A stretch of 36,297 nucleotides of DNA, from IMG/VR virus record IMGVR_UViG_3300044606_000119, positions 1 through 36,297 of that record; one strand, given 5' to 3'. Position 1 is the stretch's first letter. Each line of letters opens with the position of its first letter. Under the pieces are notes generated by a model that was not told the DNA's origin, did not search any database, and saw only the letters and a list, made by a program, of their open reading frames with translations. Positions 1 through 6,698 of this stretch are shown piece after piece. The translations under genes were made by a program, and so were the position numbers. This DNA comes from a virus. Taxonomy: Duplodnaviria; Caudoviricetes.

Positions 1-149
1 TTACAGTTTTTTGAAACGGGCATTTCAGAAATCTGAAACGGCTCATCTGCTAACCCATTGATATTGCTGCGATTACAGTTTTTTGAAACGGGCATTTCAG
101 AAATCTGAAACGGCTCATCTGCTAACCCATTGATATTGCTGCGATTACA
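1..149. repeat. 72-bp tandem repeat (origin iterons), duplicated at 36149-36297 as circular assembly overlap
   Basis: Units 1-72 and 73-144 plus TTACA are identical to 36149-36297. Each unit holds two related 18-mers (TTACAGTTTTTTGAAACG and TTTCAGAAATCTGAAACG) and an IHF consensus (51-63, minus strand TATCAA-TGGG-TTA). Confidence 0.9.
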
Positions 150-476
150 TCGTTTTGCCTCTGACCCAGCAATCCATCGTGAGTAATCCTTTTGGATACT
201 CAGACGCCTCACCCCGTCACCGTTCACGTCAGCCGACAAAACGCGCCGATCAATCAGGTCCGAAACTATTGAGCAGCAACGAGCCTTGCGGATGCCAGTT
301 GCTGCCACAAACTCCGAAAGAGTAATGTCGGCCGCTCGCTGCCGGAACCCATAGGTTCTACGGATCACCACATCGATGATCTGCCGCTCCTGCCCGGCAA
401 AGCGCGTCCGCGCCAGCGCTTCCAGCAGCTCGTTCGCAATCTTTGTGAAACCGTTTTCTACCTGAGGATTCGCCAT
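1..476 (-). CDS. Lambda O-type phage replication initiator, N-terminal part (continues across the circular junction into 35530..36297)
   Basis: ATG at 476 translates MANPQVENGFTKIANELLEALARTRFAGQERQIIDVVIRRTYGF..., the typical Phage_rep_O N-terminus. The frame stays open to base 1 and matches the frame of ORF 35530..36243. Confidence 0.9.
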   Translation of the reverse strand, partial: MANPQVENGFTKIANELLEALARTRFAGQERQIIDVVIRRTYGFRQRAADITLSEFVAATGIRKARCCSIVSDLIDRRVLSADVNGDGVRRLSIQKDYSRWIAGSEAKRCNRSNINGLADEPFQISEMPVSKNCNRSNINGLADEPFQISEMPVSKNC

Positions 477-583
477 GAATTAATCGGTTTTGCTCCCGTA
501 GGTAAGATCATTGTCGTCTGTCGGCCCGTCGCCGCCCAGATTCCGCCAGCAGTGAGACGCAAGGTCGGCCTGCATCTGGGTAA

Positions 584-778
584 TCAATCCAACCTTCTCC
601 AGATGCCCAGCCCGACCCCAAATATACGTCTGAAACGACTCATTGTTATTAATGATCCCGATCCTACAACCCCGAAAAGGCAGATCGACTGAATAGGGCA
701 GCAATCCACCTGCATTGCCACCACCATATGATTAGAGCGCTCCTCGTTCACCTTGAAATCTCTGACATTGATCTTCAT
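584..778 (-). CDS. Hypothetical protein (64 aa)
   Basis: ATGA overlap with the stop of the upstream 775..1113 gene; lies in the early operon. Confidence 0.5.
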   Translation of the reverse strand: MKINVRDFKVNEERSNHMVVAMQVDCCPIQSICLFGVVGSGSLITMSRFRRIFGVGLGIWRRLD

Positions 779-1113
779 AAAGCATGAGTCCCTTCTACGC
801 CGCGTCTCTGACGTTCAGAAGTACGATGATTCAGCCAGTGCAGCGCTTCCTCAATCTTAGTAAGAGCCAATGCATTCTCCCGGCACGCATACGGACCCGA
901 TTGAAAGCACCGCAGCCGATGTATCACGATTGCCAGCAGATCCTCGTTATGGCATCCGTTTACGCCACTTTCCTTGATCGGACCGTTTTGAAAGCTGATC
1001 GTAGCAAAAACCTGAACCAGAGCTTTGTCCAGAGCCCCGTCATTTTCAACTGACGAACCGACGCGATATTTATGACACGCCCCGCCGGCCCCCGGTTCGT
1101 CCATCACATGCAC
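775..1113 (-). CDS. tad1: Tad1-like anti-Thoeris/anti-CBASS cyclic-nucleotide sponge protein
   Basis: Motifs GxGGAxHxY, TIxFQxG, G...EDLLxIVxxRLxxFQxGP(Y/F)xxRENAxALTxxEEALxWxNxRxxxRxxRxVxGT match Tad1 proteins as I recall them. The frame is open up to 1155. Confidence 0.85.
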   Translation of the reverse strand: MHVMDEPGAGGACHKYRVGSSVENDGALDKALVQVFATISFQNGPIKESGVNGCHNEDLLAIVIHRLRCFQSGPYACRENALALTKIEEALHWLNHRTSERQRRGVEGTHAL

Positions 1114-1168
1114 CTGCGTATATCTTTGCGAACCAATATCTAATATTTTCTTCTCTCAATCTCCTTAA

Positions 1169-1348
1169 TCAGAAAGTAACAGGCACAGTCTTCACATACC
1201 AGCTCACGGTATCGCCGTCGGCCTGAATAAACTCACCAGAATGAGCCTCATCGTCAATAGCCTGCACTGCTTTATAAATCATCGCAGGAGCGGCATTGAT
1301 ATCCAACACTTCAACAGTAATCTGAACTACCACCTTATTCGCTCGCAT
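1169..1348 (-). CDS. Hypothetical protein (59 aa, MRANKVVVQITVEV...)
   Basis: GGAGGG SD upstream of the ATG at 1348; fills an operon gap; not in the supplied ORF track. Confidence 0.6.
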   Translation of the reverse strand: MRANKVVVQITVEVLDINAAPAMIYKAVQAIDDEAHSGEFIQADGDTVSWYVKTVPVTF

Positions 1349-1397
1349 CTGAACCCTCCATCAGCCAGACCACCCGGCTTACAATTCTTGCAGCTCA

Positions 1398-1718
1398 TTA
1401 CTCAGCCTCGATCCGGTCTACCACCAGCGCCTCAAGCAGCAGCAGATAGTTACGAGCATCCCCGATCTTCTCCCGCCACCGCTCGATCGGCGCAACGATC
1501 CCGCGGTCAATGTCCTTGATCATATCGTGGATCGAAGTCAGGTGCTTCTCGTTCATGCCCTCCAGAGCCCGCTCCGGCGTGCATTCCTGCCGTGCAGCGG
1601 CCAGCTTGAAATTACTGAGCCGATCACCCCGCGCATACTCATCCGCCTTAGTACAGAGCGTCGCACGCTCCCGCGCCACCGCCGCATCAAACAGCCGCTC
1701 AAACGTCTTTGTCTTCAC
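1398..1718 (-). CDS. DUF1599 / nucleotide-modification-associated all-alpha protein
   Basis: K-x-x-EY...DRLSNFK and EKIGDARNY motifs; SD GGGAGAG upstream. Confidence 0.6.
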   Translation of the reverse strand: MKTKTFERLFDAAVARERATLCTKADEYARGDRLSNFKLAAARQECTPERALEGMNEKHLTSIHDMIKDIDRGIVAPIERWREKIGDARNYLLLLEALVVDRIEAE

Positions 1719-1896
1719 GCATCTCTCCCTTCTGATTATTCATTCTATTCATTTTGAACCCCATACAACGGCCGTCCGCGCCGATCCTAAGGGGCCTCAG
1801 CATCGTCCATACCGAGCATAACCCTTGCTCATGATACGCGCACGCACGAGCCTGACAGATCAGCTCTACGCCGGCAATCTGCGTCTTCTGCGACAT
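1699..1896 (-). CDS. Small Cys-rich hypothetical protein
   Basis: MSQKTQ...CQARACAYH...C...C pattern; overlaps both neighbours in the operon; start uncertain. Confidence 0.45.
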   Translation of the reverse strand: MSQKTQIAGVELICQARACAYHEQGLCSVWTMLRPLRIGADGRCMGFKMNRMNNQKGEMREDKDV

Positions 1897-2090
1897 ATCC
1901 GTTGGCGCATAGGCGGAATCCCCCGCTCCATCATCGCATCCATCCCCGCAATCGTCACGCGCCATTCCTTGCCGTCCTTCGTCGCGCCCGGCACCTGCCC
2001 GCGCAGGCAGCGCAACCGGAGCACCCGCACGTCGTAGTCGTACAGCTTTGCAGCCGTCTCCAGCCTCATATACCGTTTTGTTTCATCCAT
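1866..2090 (-). CDS. xis: Excisionase / MerR-like HTH recombination directionality factor
   Basis: YMRLETAAKLY...VLRLRCLRGQVPGATKDGKEWRV winged-HTH signature; GAGG SD before the ATG at 2090. Confidence 0.7.
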   Translation of the reverse strand: MDETKRYMRLETAAKLYDYDVRVLRLRCLRGQVPGATKDGKEWRVTIAGMDAMMERGIPPMRQRICRRRRRLPA

Positions 2091-2226
2091 AGCAGACCTC
2101 AATCAGAATTTGTTCAATGCAGCTATCGCATATCAGCTGCATACGCACATTTTCGGGCCACGGACCGCGCAATACAGGTATCCGATCCCCGCACATTTCA
2201 CACCTATCCGGCACGATCAAGTACAT
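2083..2226 (-). CDS. Small zinc-finger protein (47 aa)
   Basis: MYLIVPDRCEMCG...ICDSC has two CxxC pairs; TGATG coupling to the ssb stop. Confidence 0.55.
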   Translation of the reverse strand: MYLIVPDRCEMCGDRIPVLRGPWPENVRMQLICDSCIEQILIEVCYG

Positions 2227-2612
2227 CAGAACGGCTCCAGATCGCTCATCTCATCGGGTGGCGGCTGCTCTCCCTGGCCGCTCCCTGTGCTCTCCTTGCG
2301 CGAGAGAAAGCGCACATTACTCGCCACCACTTCCATCTTCTGCTTCTTCTGGCCCTCGTGCTCCCAGCGGCGCTCGCGCAGACGGCCTTCAACCAGAACC
2401 GGCCGGCCTTTGCTGAGATACTGCCCGCACGTCTCTGCCTGCCGGCCGAACACCACCGCATCAATAAAAAGCGTTTCCTCTTTGCTCTCATCTCCCTGCC
2501 TGTAGCGCGAATTCACCGCAATGGCAACGGTCGCAACCGGCGTACCACCCGGCGTATAGCGCACGTCAGGGTCTTTGGTCAGATTGCCGATCAGAATCAC
2601 CCGGTTAAACAT
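2226..2612 (-). CDS. ssb: Single-stranded DNA-binding protein
   Basis: MFNRVILIGNLTKDPDVRYT...VEGRL OB-fold; acidic tail DLEPF. Confidence 0.97.
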   Translation of the reverse strand: MFNRVILIGNLTKDPDVRYTPGGTPVATVAIAVNSRYRQGDESKEETLFIDAVVFGRQAETCGQYLSKGRPVLVEGRLRERRWEHEGQKKQKMEVVASNVRFLSRKESTGSGQGEQPPPDEMSDLEPF

Positions 2613-2859
2613 CCGCCGCACCCCCTTTCTTCAGAGGCTCCGAAACATATAATTTCTTGTCCGGAATCACCTCCACCTTTATGCCGTCCGCTAAATAATC
2701 AGCGATAGCCCGTTCAAATACCGCCACAGCGTCCCATCCCTCAGCTCCGGACTCATCGCGTTTTCTTTCGGCATCAGCAATACTTTCACAGCCTTCCGGT
2801 ATATCGAACTCCACTTCAGGCCAACCCTCAATCTCAGTAAACGTCACGCGCACGCGCAT
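2605..2859 (-). CDS. Hypothetical acidic protein
   Basis: GGGGAG SD before the ATG at 2859; coupled to ssb. Confidence 0.6.
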   Translation of the reverse strand: MRVRVTFTEIEGWPEVEFDIPEGCESIADAERKRDESGAEGWDAVAVFERAIADYLADGIKVEVIPDKKLYVSEPLKKGGAADV

Positions 2860-2860
2860 A

Positions 2861-3001
2861 TCAAAAATTCTCCCCATAAAATTTTTCGATCACCTCCAGA
2901 AACTCACGGCGCGTAAACGCCCCGCCCTCGCCGCTGGCATGCTCAATCCAGACATGCTCCTCATCCCACAAACGAATGCGATACGGCCAGATCACCAACA
3001 T
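2861..3001 (-). CDS. Hypothetical protein (46 aa, MLVIWPYRIRLWDEEH...)
   Basis: GGGAGG SD; fills an operon gap exactly. Confidence 0.55.
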   Translation of the reverse strand: MLVIWPYRIRLWDEEHVWIEHASGEGGAFTRREFLEVIEKFYGENF

Positions 3002-3017
3002 AGCTCATCCTCCCGTG

Positions 3018-3290
3018 TCATACCACCATAGCCGTTTTCAGCCTCATTGCAGCCTTTGCCGCGCGCCGAGCCGGAGCAGCCTGAGCCTCCCTGGAGCGTG
3101 CCCAGCGCCGCACCGATTTACACTCACCCGCGAACTCAGGAAACATCCGCGCATTACGCAGCCCGCGTCTGCATTTTTGGCAGTCCAGATACTCCTGCAC
3201 CGCCGCCTGCTTTTGCCGGAGAATACAGCACCGGAAGCTCAACGTACCCACAAGCGTAGCGCAATAAAACGAATCAGAAAGCAGCTTCAT
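3018..3290 (-). CDS. Hypothetical Cys/Arg-rich protein
   Basis: ATGA coupling with the upstream gene; CxxC present. Confidence 0.6.
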   Translation of the reverse strand: MKLLSDSFYCATLVGTLSFRCCILRQKQAAVQEYLDCQKCRRGLRNARMFPEFAGECKSVRRWARSREAQAAPARRAAKAAMRLKTAMVV

Positions 3291-3565
3291 TGCCGCGCCG
3301 CCTTTCTGATCGGCACATCGGCCCCTGCCCCTGCAATCTCGTAGGCTCTCGGCGAAGCCGTGAGCTTTACCTTTGAGCCGACCAGATAAAACGGCCTCCC
3401 TTCGCGCGCCGCCTCCTCGATCTCCTGCCGCACCTGCTCAAGCGCCATCTTCTGCCCTTTCTCATACGCCACATCCAGCAGCAGCGCACCGGCCAAAAGC
3501 CCCAGCGCCGCACCGCTTACCGCCAGCATCAGCACAACCCACCAGCGTATCTGTATCATCAGCAT
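3287..3565 (-). CDS. Hypothetical membrane protein (one N-terminal TM helix)
   Basis: Hydrophobic WWVVLMLAVSGAALGLLAGALLL; GAGGAGG SD. Confidence 0.7.
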   Translation of the reverse strand: MLMIQIRWWVVLMLAVSGAALGLLAGALLLDVAYEKGQKMALEQVRQEIEEAAREGRPFYLVGSKVKLTASPRAYEIAGAGADVPIRKAARQ

Positions 3566-3765
3566 TCCTCCTCAATAATCCGCCGCGCCAGCTCCACCAT
3601 ACGCGGCCACTGAATCATCAAAACCCGTTGCCGCGCATCAGCGTTCGGCTGACCATCGGCAGCAAGTACGATCCGCGCAAGCGCCAGAGCCTCCGCACCA
3701 CTCACCACAGCCCCGCCGTCCCTCGTATCGCCTGTAGACACTATCCAGTTTCCTGCTACCTTCAT
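3559..3765 (-). CDS. Hypothetical protein (68 aa)
   Basis: ATGA coupling; GGGAGG SD. Confidence 0.6.
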   Translation of the reverse strand: MKVAGNWIVSTGDTRDGGAVVSGAEALALARIVLAADGQPNADARQRVLMIQWPRMVELARRIIEEEC

Positions 3766-4181
3766 AGCGCCTCCCGGAACCTGCGCATTTCCTCCAGCAA
3801 GGCCGGGTCTGTACCCAGCCCGTCCTGCGTGTTTGCCTCGGGCTCGGCTCGTTTCGCCGTGCCGGCCGATAGGGGAGCAGGGGAGGGCTGACCATGGAGA
3901 GGTCGTTGATGCACGGACACCCGAGGCGTGCCATTTCTTGGGATCATAATCTCCCGCCGGGCATGTTCCAGCTGCCCGAGCGAGCTTTCAATCACATACG
4001 TATTTGTTTTATCGTTATGGTGGTACGCCACCAGACCGCGCAGCCTGAGCCCTCTGAGCCGCGCCCGTCCACTGAGCTGATGCTTCGGATGCGCCTGCTC
4101 GACCTCATGAATCGGAATCGACCTGATGCCGTTTGACACATACTTGATAATCAAATCAATCACCGCCTGCTCCACCGTCAT
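3762..4181 (-). CDS. Hypothetical protein, possible winged-helix DNA-binding N-terminus
   Basis: GAGGAGG SD; pattern ARLRGLRLRGLV...NTYVI. Confidence 0.65.
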   Translation of the reverse strand: MTVEQAVIDLIIKYVSNGIRSIPIHEVEQAHPKHQLSGRARLRGLRLRGLVAYHHNDKTNTYVIESSLGQLEHARREIMIPRNGTPRVSVHQRPLHGQPSPAPLSAGTAKRAEPEANTQDGLGTDPALLEEMRRFREAL

Positions 4182-4193
4182 GGCCTTGCCTCC

Positions 4194-4391
4194 TCAGCCT
4201 CCGCACCGCTCGCAGTAGCGCGGATCGGCATACACACGCACCTGAAACTTCGGCATAATACAGTCCCGAAGCACCTGCCCCGCGCTTGCAGGCAGCTCAT
4301 CCGGGTCCGCATGAAGCAGCAGCACCTGCATCACCCGATACTCCTCCAGCGAAAACTCCAGCGTCATCACATCCATCGGCTGATCAACCAT
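4194..4391 (-). CDS. Hypothetical protein (65 aa)
   Basis: GAGGTG SD; coupled to the upstream gene. Confidence 0.6.
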   Translation of the reverse strand: MVDQPMDVMTLEFSLEEYRVMQVLLLHADPDELPASAGQVLRDCIMPKFQVRVYADPRYCERCGG

Positions 4392-4791
4392 GGTTCACCT
4401 CGAACAATTTTTCCAACCCATGCGCCTTGATCGTGCGCCACAAAAACTTCACCTCATCCTCGGCAGTCATCGGCCGTTTTTTGCGCGGATACTCCCGATC
4501 AGCCAAATCACACATATACCCCACCACCGACGTAAAGAACGCATCCGGCGCTTCCACCAAGAGCGCCGCAATCATGCCGGCCTGAAACGGCTTCGCCTCC
4601 TGCTCGTTATTGGAGTTCAGGATTTCGTTAATGTACGTATAGGATTTATCGCAGAGCGCAGCAAAGTGCTTCCGCCCGATGCTGGCCGCGCATCCTTTAT
4701 AGAGGCGATCCAGCTCCGCCGCCACCGCCTTGATGCGCGCCTGCTTTTCCTGCAGCTCGATGTCCGCAATCGTCATCTGCACAGCAATCAC
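4384..4791 (-). CDS. CII-like phage regulatory protein (putative)
   Basis: HTH-like RKHFAALCDKSYTYINEILN; second gene of the early operon. Confidence 0.55.
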   Translation of the reverse strand: MIAVQMTIADIELQEKQARIKAVAAELDRLYKGCAASIGRKHFAALCDKSYTYINEILNSNNEQEAKPFQAGMIAALLVEAPDAFFTSVVGYMCDLADREYPRKKRPMTAEDEVKFLWRTIKAHGLEKLFEVNHG

Positions 4792-4982
4792 GACCGTTTC
4801 CCCATCGCAATCACCGTCAGCGCCGACACCAGCTTATGCACCCGCCACTGAGGCATAGTAGCCAACACCCCCGCCAGCAAGCGGCACGCACTCATACTGC
4901 ACCCCACAATCTCACGGATCAGCTCAGCCACTTCCTCGTTGGAGTAATGCTTTTCCTTCAGCTTCAACAAATGCTTATTCAT
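4788..4982 (-). CDS. Cro-like small early protein (putative)
   Basis: AGGAGG SD; first clear gene divergent from the repressor; 64 aa, helical. Confidence 0.5.
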   Translation of the reverse strand: MNKHLLKLKEKHYSNEEVAELIREIVGCSMSACRLLAGVLATMPQWRVHKLVSALTVIAMGKRS

Positions 4983-5056
4983 GCTTCCCTCCTGTTGCCA
5001 GAAAAAAACGCCCCGAAACGCCCGAAAACGCCGAAAAACGCCAGGAGCATCGAGGC

Positions 5057-5087
5057 AAAAAAAATAAAACGCTGGTCATCGCCAGCG
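5057..5087 (-). terminator. Intrinsic terminator/attenuator in the early-operon leader
   Basis: Minus strand reads CGCTGG-CGATGA-CCAGCG followed by TTTTATTTTTTTT. Confidence 0.7.
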
Positions 5088-5231
5088 CAGTCCATGAAAA
5101 TAAGGGCATGAGACGGAACGATTTTGGAAAGATGCAACGTGGACGCGGTGCACCCTCTGGAGGGAGAAAGCGCCCGCCCCATGCCCAGCCTTGATTGCAT
5201 CGTTGTAACAAGTACCGCGTCCATGTCTAAG

Positions 5232-5260
5232 AGTATACGAAAATAGTAATTAAAAAGCAA
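5232..5260 (-). promoter_or_regulatory. Early lytic sigma70 promoter
   Basis: TTGCTT-17 bp-TATACT; overlapped by the inverted repeat TAGTAATT (5244-5251) / AATTACTA (5266-5273). Confidence 0.7.
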
Positions 5261-5347
5261 TAAAAAATTACTAAAAAAGACATTAATTTTATTGTTGGTT
5301 GCTATAAAAAGTAATTATAGGGGGAGAAATATGATCATAATGAGTAA

Positions 5348-5376
5348 TTGTCCAAACGCGATAACTCGGCTACCAT
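5348..5376 (+). promoter_or_regulatory. PRM-like repressor promoter (probably leaderless mRNA)
   Basis: TTGTCC-17 bp-TACCAT; the ATG at 5382 is 5 nt after the -10 and lacks an SD. Confidence 0.55.
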
Positions 5377-5381
5377 ATTAC

Positions 5382-5804
5382 ATGCGAGCCTTAGACCAAT
5401 TGATAGCAGCCAACCTGCGCCGACTCCGCGAGCAGTACGCCTTATCGCAACAGGCATTGGCGGACATGATTGGTATTGATAAAAGTAAGATCAGCGCATG
5501 GGAAAACGGACATGCAGGGGTCGGAAAACTATGGCTCGAAAAACTCTGTACGGCTCTAAAAGTCCGCCCTTACGAGTTCTATATTGAACCTTCGACACCC
5601 ATAGCCGAAAACGACCAGGAAATGCAGCACCTGCTGTTGTATCGCGAGGCCCGGCAGCTCGGGCTTGCCGACGAAATCGACCGCTACACGAGGTATACCG
5701 TAGAACATGAAAAATCGCGCCGGGCTGAGGCGCATGACCAAAATCCTTCAGTTCACGCGCGGGCGCGGCAGACGGGGCAAAAGAGAGGCAAACGGTCAGC
5801 TTGA
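5382..5804 (+). CDS. CI-like XRE-family HTH repressor
   Basis: IAANLRRLREQYALSQQALADMIGIDKSKISAWENG HTH_3 motif; divergent from the early operon; no S24 peptidase domain visible; alternative start at 5331. Confidence 0.9.
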   Translation: MRALDQLIAANLRRLREQYALSQQALADMIGIDKSKISAWENGHAGVGKLWLEKLCTALKVRPYEFYIEPSTPIAENDQEMQHLLLYREARQLGLADEIDRYTRYTVEHEKSRRAEAHDQNPSVHARARQTGQKRGKRSA

Positions 5805-5985
5805 ACTCTTCGGTGATTGCGCGGAGCAATCACCCTGTAAAAGAACCGATTTGAAAGCACTATTGGTTAATGCACTCGCAAAGATAAATTGTACCAGTTG
5901 TGATAAAATCAAGACGTGCCTCTGCCAGATATCGTTGAGGCATATCCAGCGAAATCTCTCATATCTACTCAACACACATCTTTAG
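5734..5985 (+). CDS. Hypothetical Cys-rich protein overlapping the repressor 3' end
   Basis: GAGG SD before the ATG at 5734; QLELF and CTSC motifs. Confidence 0.5.
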   Translation: MTKILQFTRGRGRRGKREANGQLELFGDCAEQSPCKRTDLKALLVNALAKINCTSCDKIKTCLCQISLRHIQRNLSYLLNTHL

Positions 5986-6001
5986 GGCGCAGAACAGCCT
6001 G

Positions 6002-6160
6002 TTATCGAAACCTCACTTCATATATACGATCAGCCTCTTTGCTCCAGTCTCCAGGACGTCCCCATTGCTCAAGCCTATCGTTCAAAAAATAAAGCCAGTA
6101 AGCTTCAGCAAGGCTGCCATCGGCCCAATTATGCTTTCGATATTCCCATATTTCAACTAG
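6002..6160 (-). pseudogene. Probable C-terminal remnant of an envelope (lipo)protein gene
   Basis: VEIWEY...YWLYFLNDRLEQWGRPGDW reads like a real folded domain, but its upstream part runs through the 6158-6211 operator/promoter with no credible start or signal. Confidence 0.35.
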
Positions 6161-6182
6161 ATAGTAATTATCTAAAAAATTG

Positions 6183-6211
6183 TTGACAAATGCCGTAAAG
6201 TGTTCTATAGT
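6183..6211 (+). promoter_or_regulatory. Near-consensus sigma70 promoter for the regulator-integrase operon
   Basis: TTGACA-17 bp-TATAGT; palindrome TAGATA-GTAAT-TATCTA at 6158-6174 just upstream. Confidence 0.8.
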
Positions 6212-6230
6212 GATATTGGGAGGGAGCACC

Positions 6231-6695
6231 ATGGACAAAACGGCAAAGGTTTACCGTCTGCTGCAAGAGCGCTTTTTAGCGCACTACCACACCCTGCAGG
6301 ACTTCAAGAAGCGCACCGGCTGCAAACTCTCAGCCGAAACCATCCGCGCACACATCTACAACGCGCGGCCCGCCAGCGCCCCGATCCTGATGCTGCTAGC
6401 CAAACATCTCGACTTCACGCCGGCGCAAATCCGCCAAATGCTCATTGACTGTGGAGACACCGATTTTCATCAGCTGCTGGCAGCGGACGATGCGAGCGAG
6501 CGGCTGAGCACCGCAGATAGGGCGCTGCTTGCCGCCGTGCAGGCAATCAAGGATCGCCGGCCGGAACACCTCAAAACCATCGCCGACCACCTCGATCTCA
6601 TTGCCGCAGCCTGCGGCGTGCGGATCGACGAACACACCGTAAAACTCCGCGCATCCAGAAAGACCGCGCACAAACGCAGAAAGCAGAAGGAGTAG
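6231..6695 (+). CDS. Second HTH-type regulator (154 aa, putative)
   Basis: GGGAGGG SD; TLQDFKKRTGCKLSAETIRAHIY HTH-like N-terminus; co-transcribed with int. Confidence 0.65.
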   Translation: MDKTAKVYRLLQERFLAHYHTLQDFKKRTGCKLSAETIRAHIYNARPASAPILMLLAKHLDFTPAQIRQMLIDCGDTDFHQLLAADDASERLSTADRALLAAVQAIKDRRPEHLKTIADHLDLIAAACGVRIDEHTVKLRASRKTAHKRRKQKE

Positions 6696-6698
6696 TCT

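Noticed and set aside
1-149. Terminal repeats as a CRISPR array or true virion terminal repeats
   Set aside because: The units are identical with no unique spacers, are in frame within the initiator gene, and have no cas genes nearby. The end duplication is best explained as circular assembly overlap.
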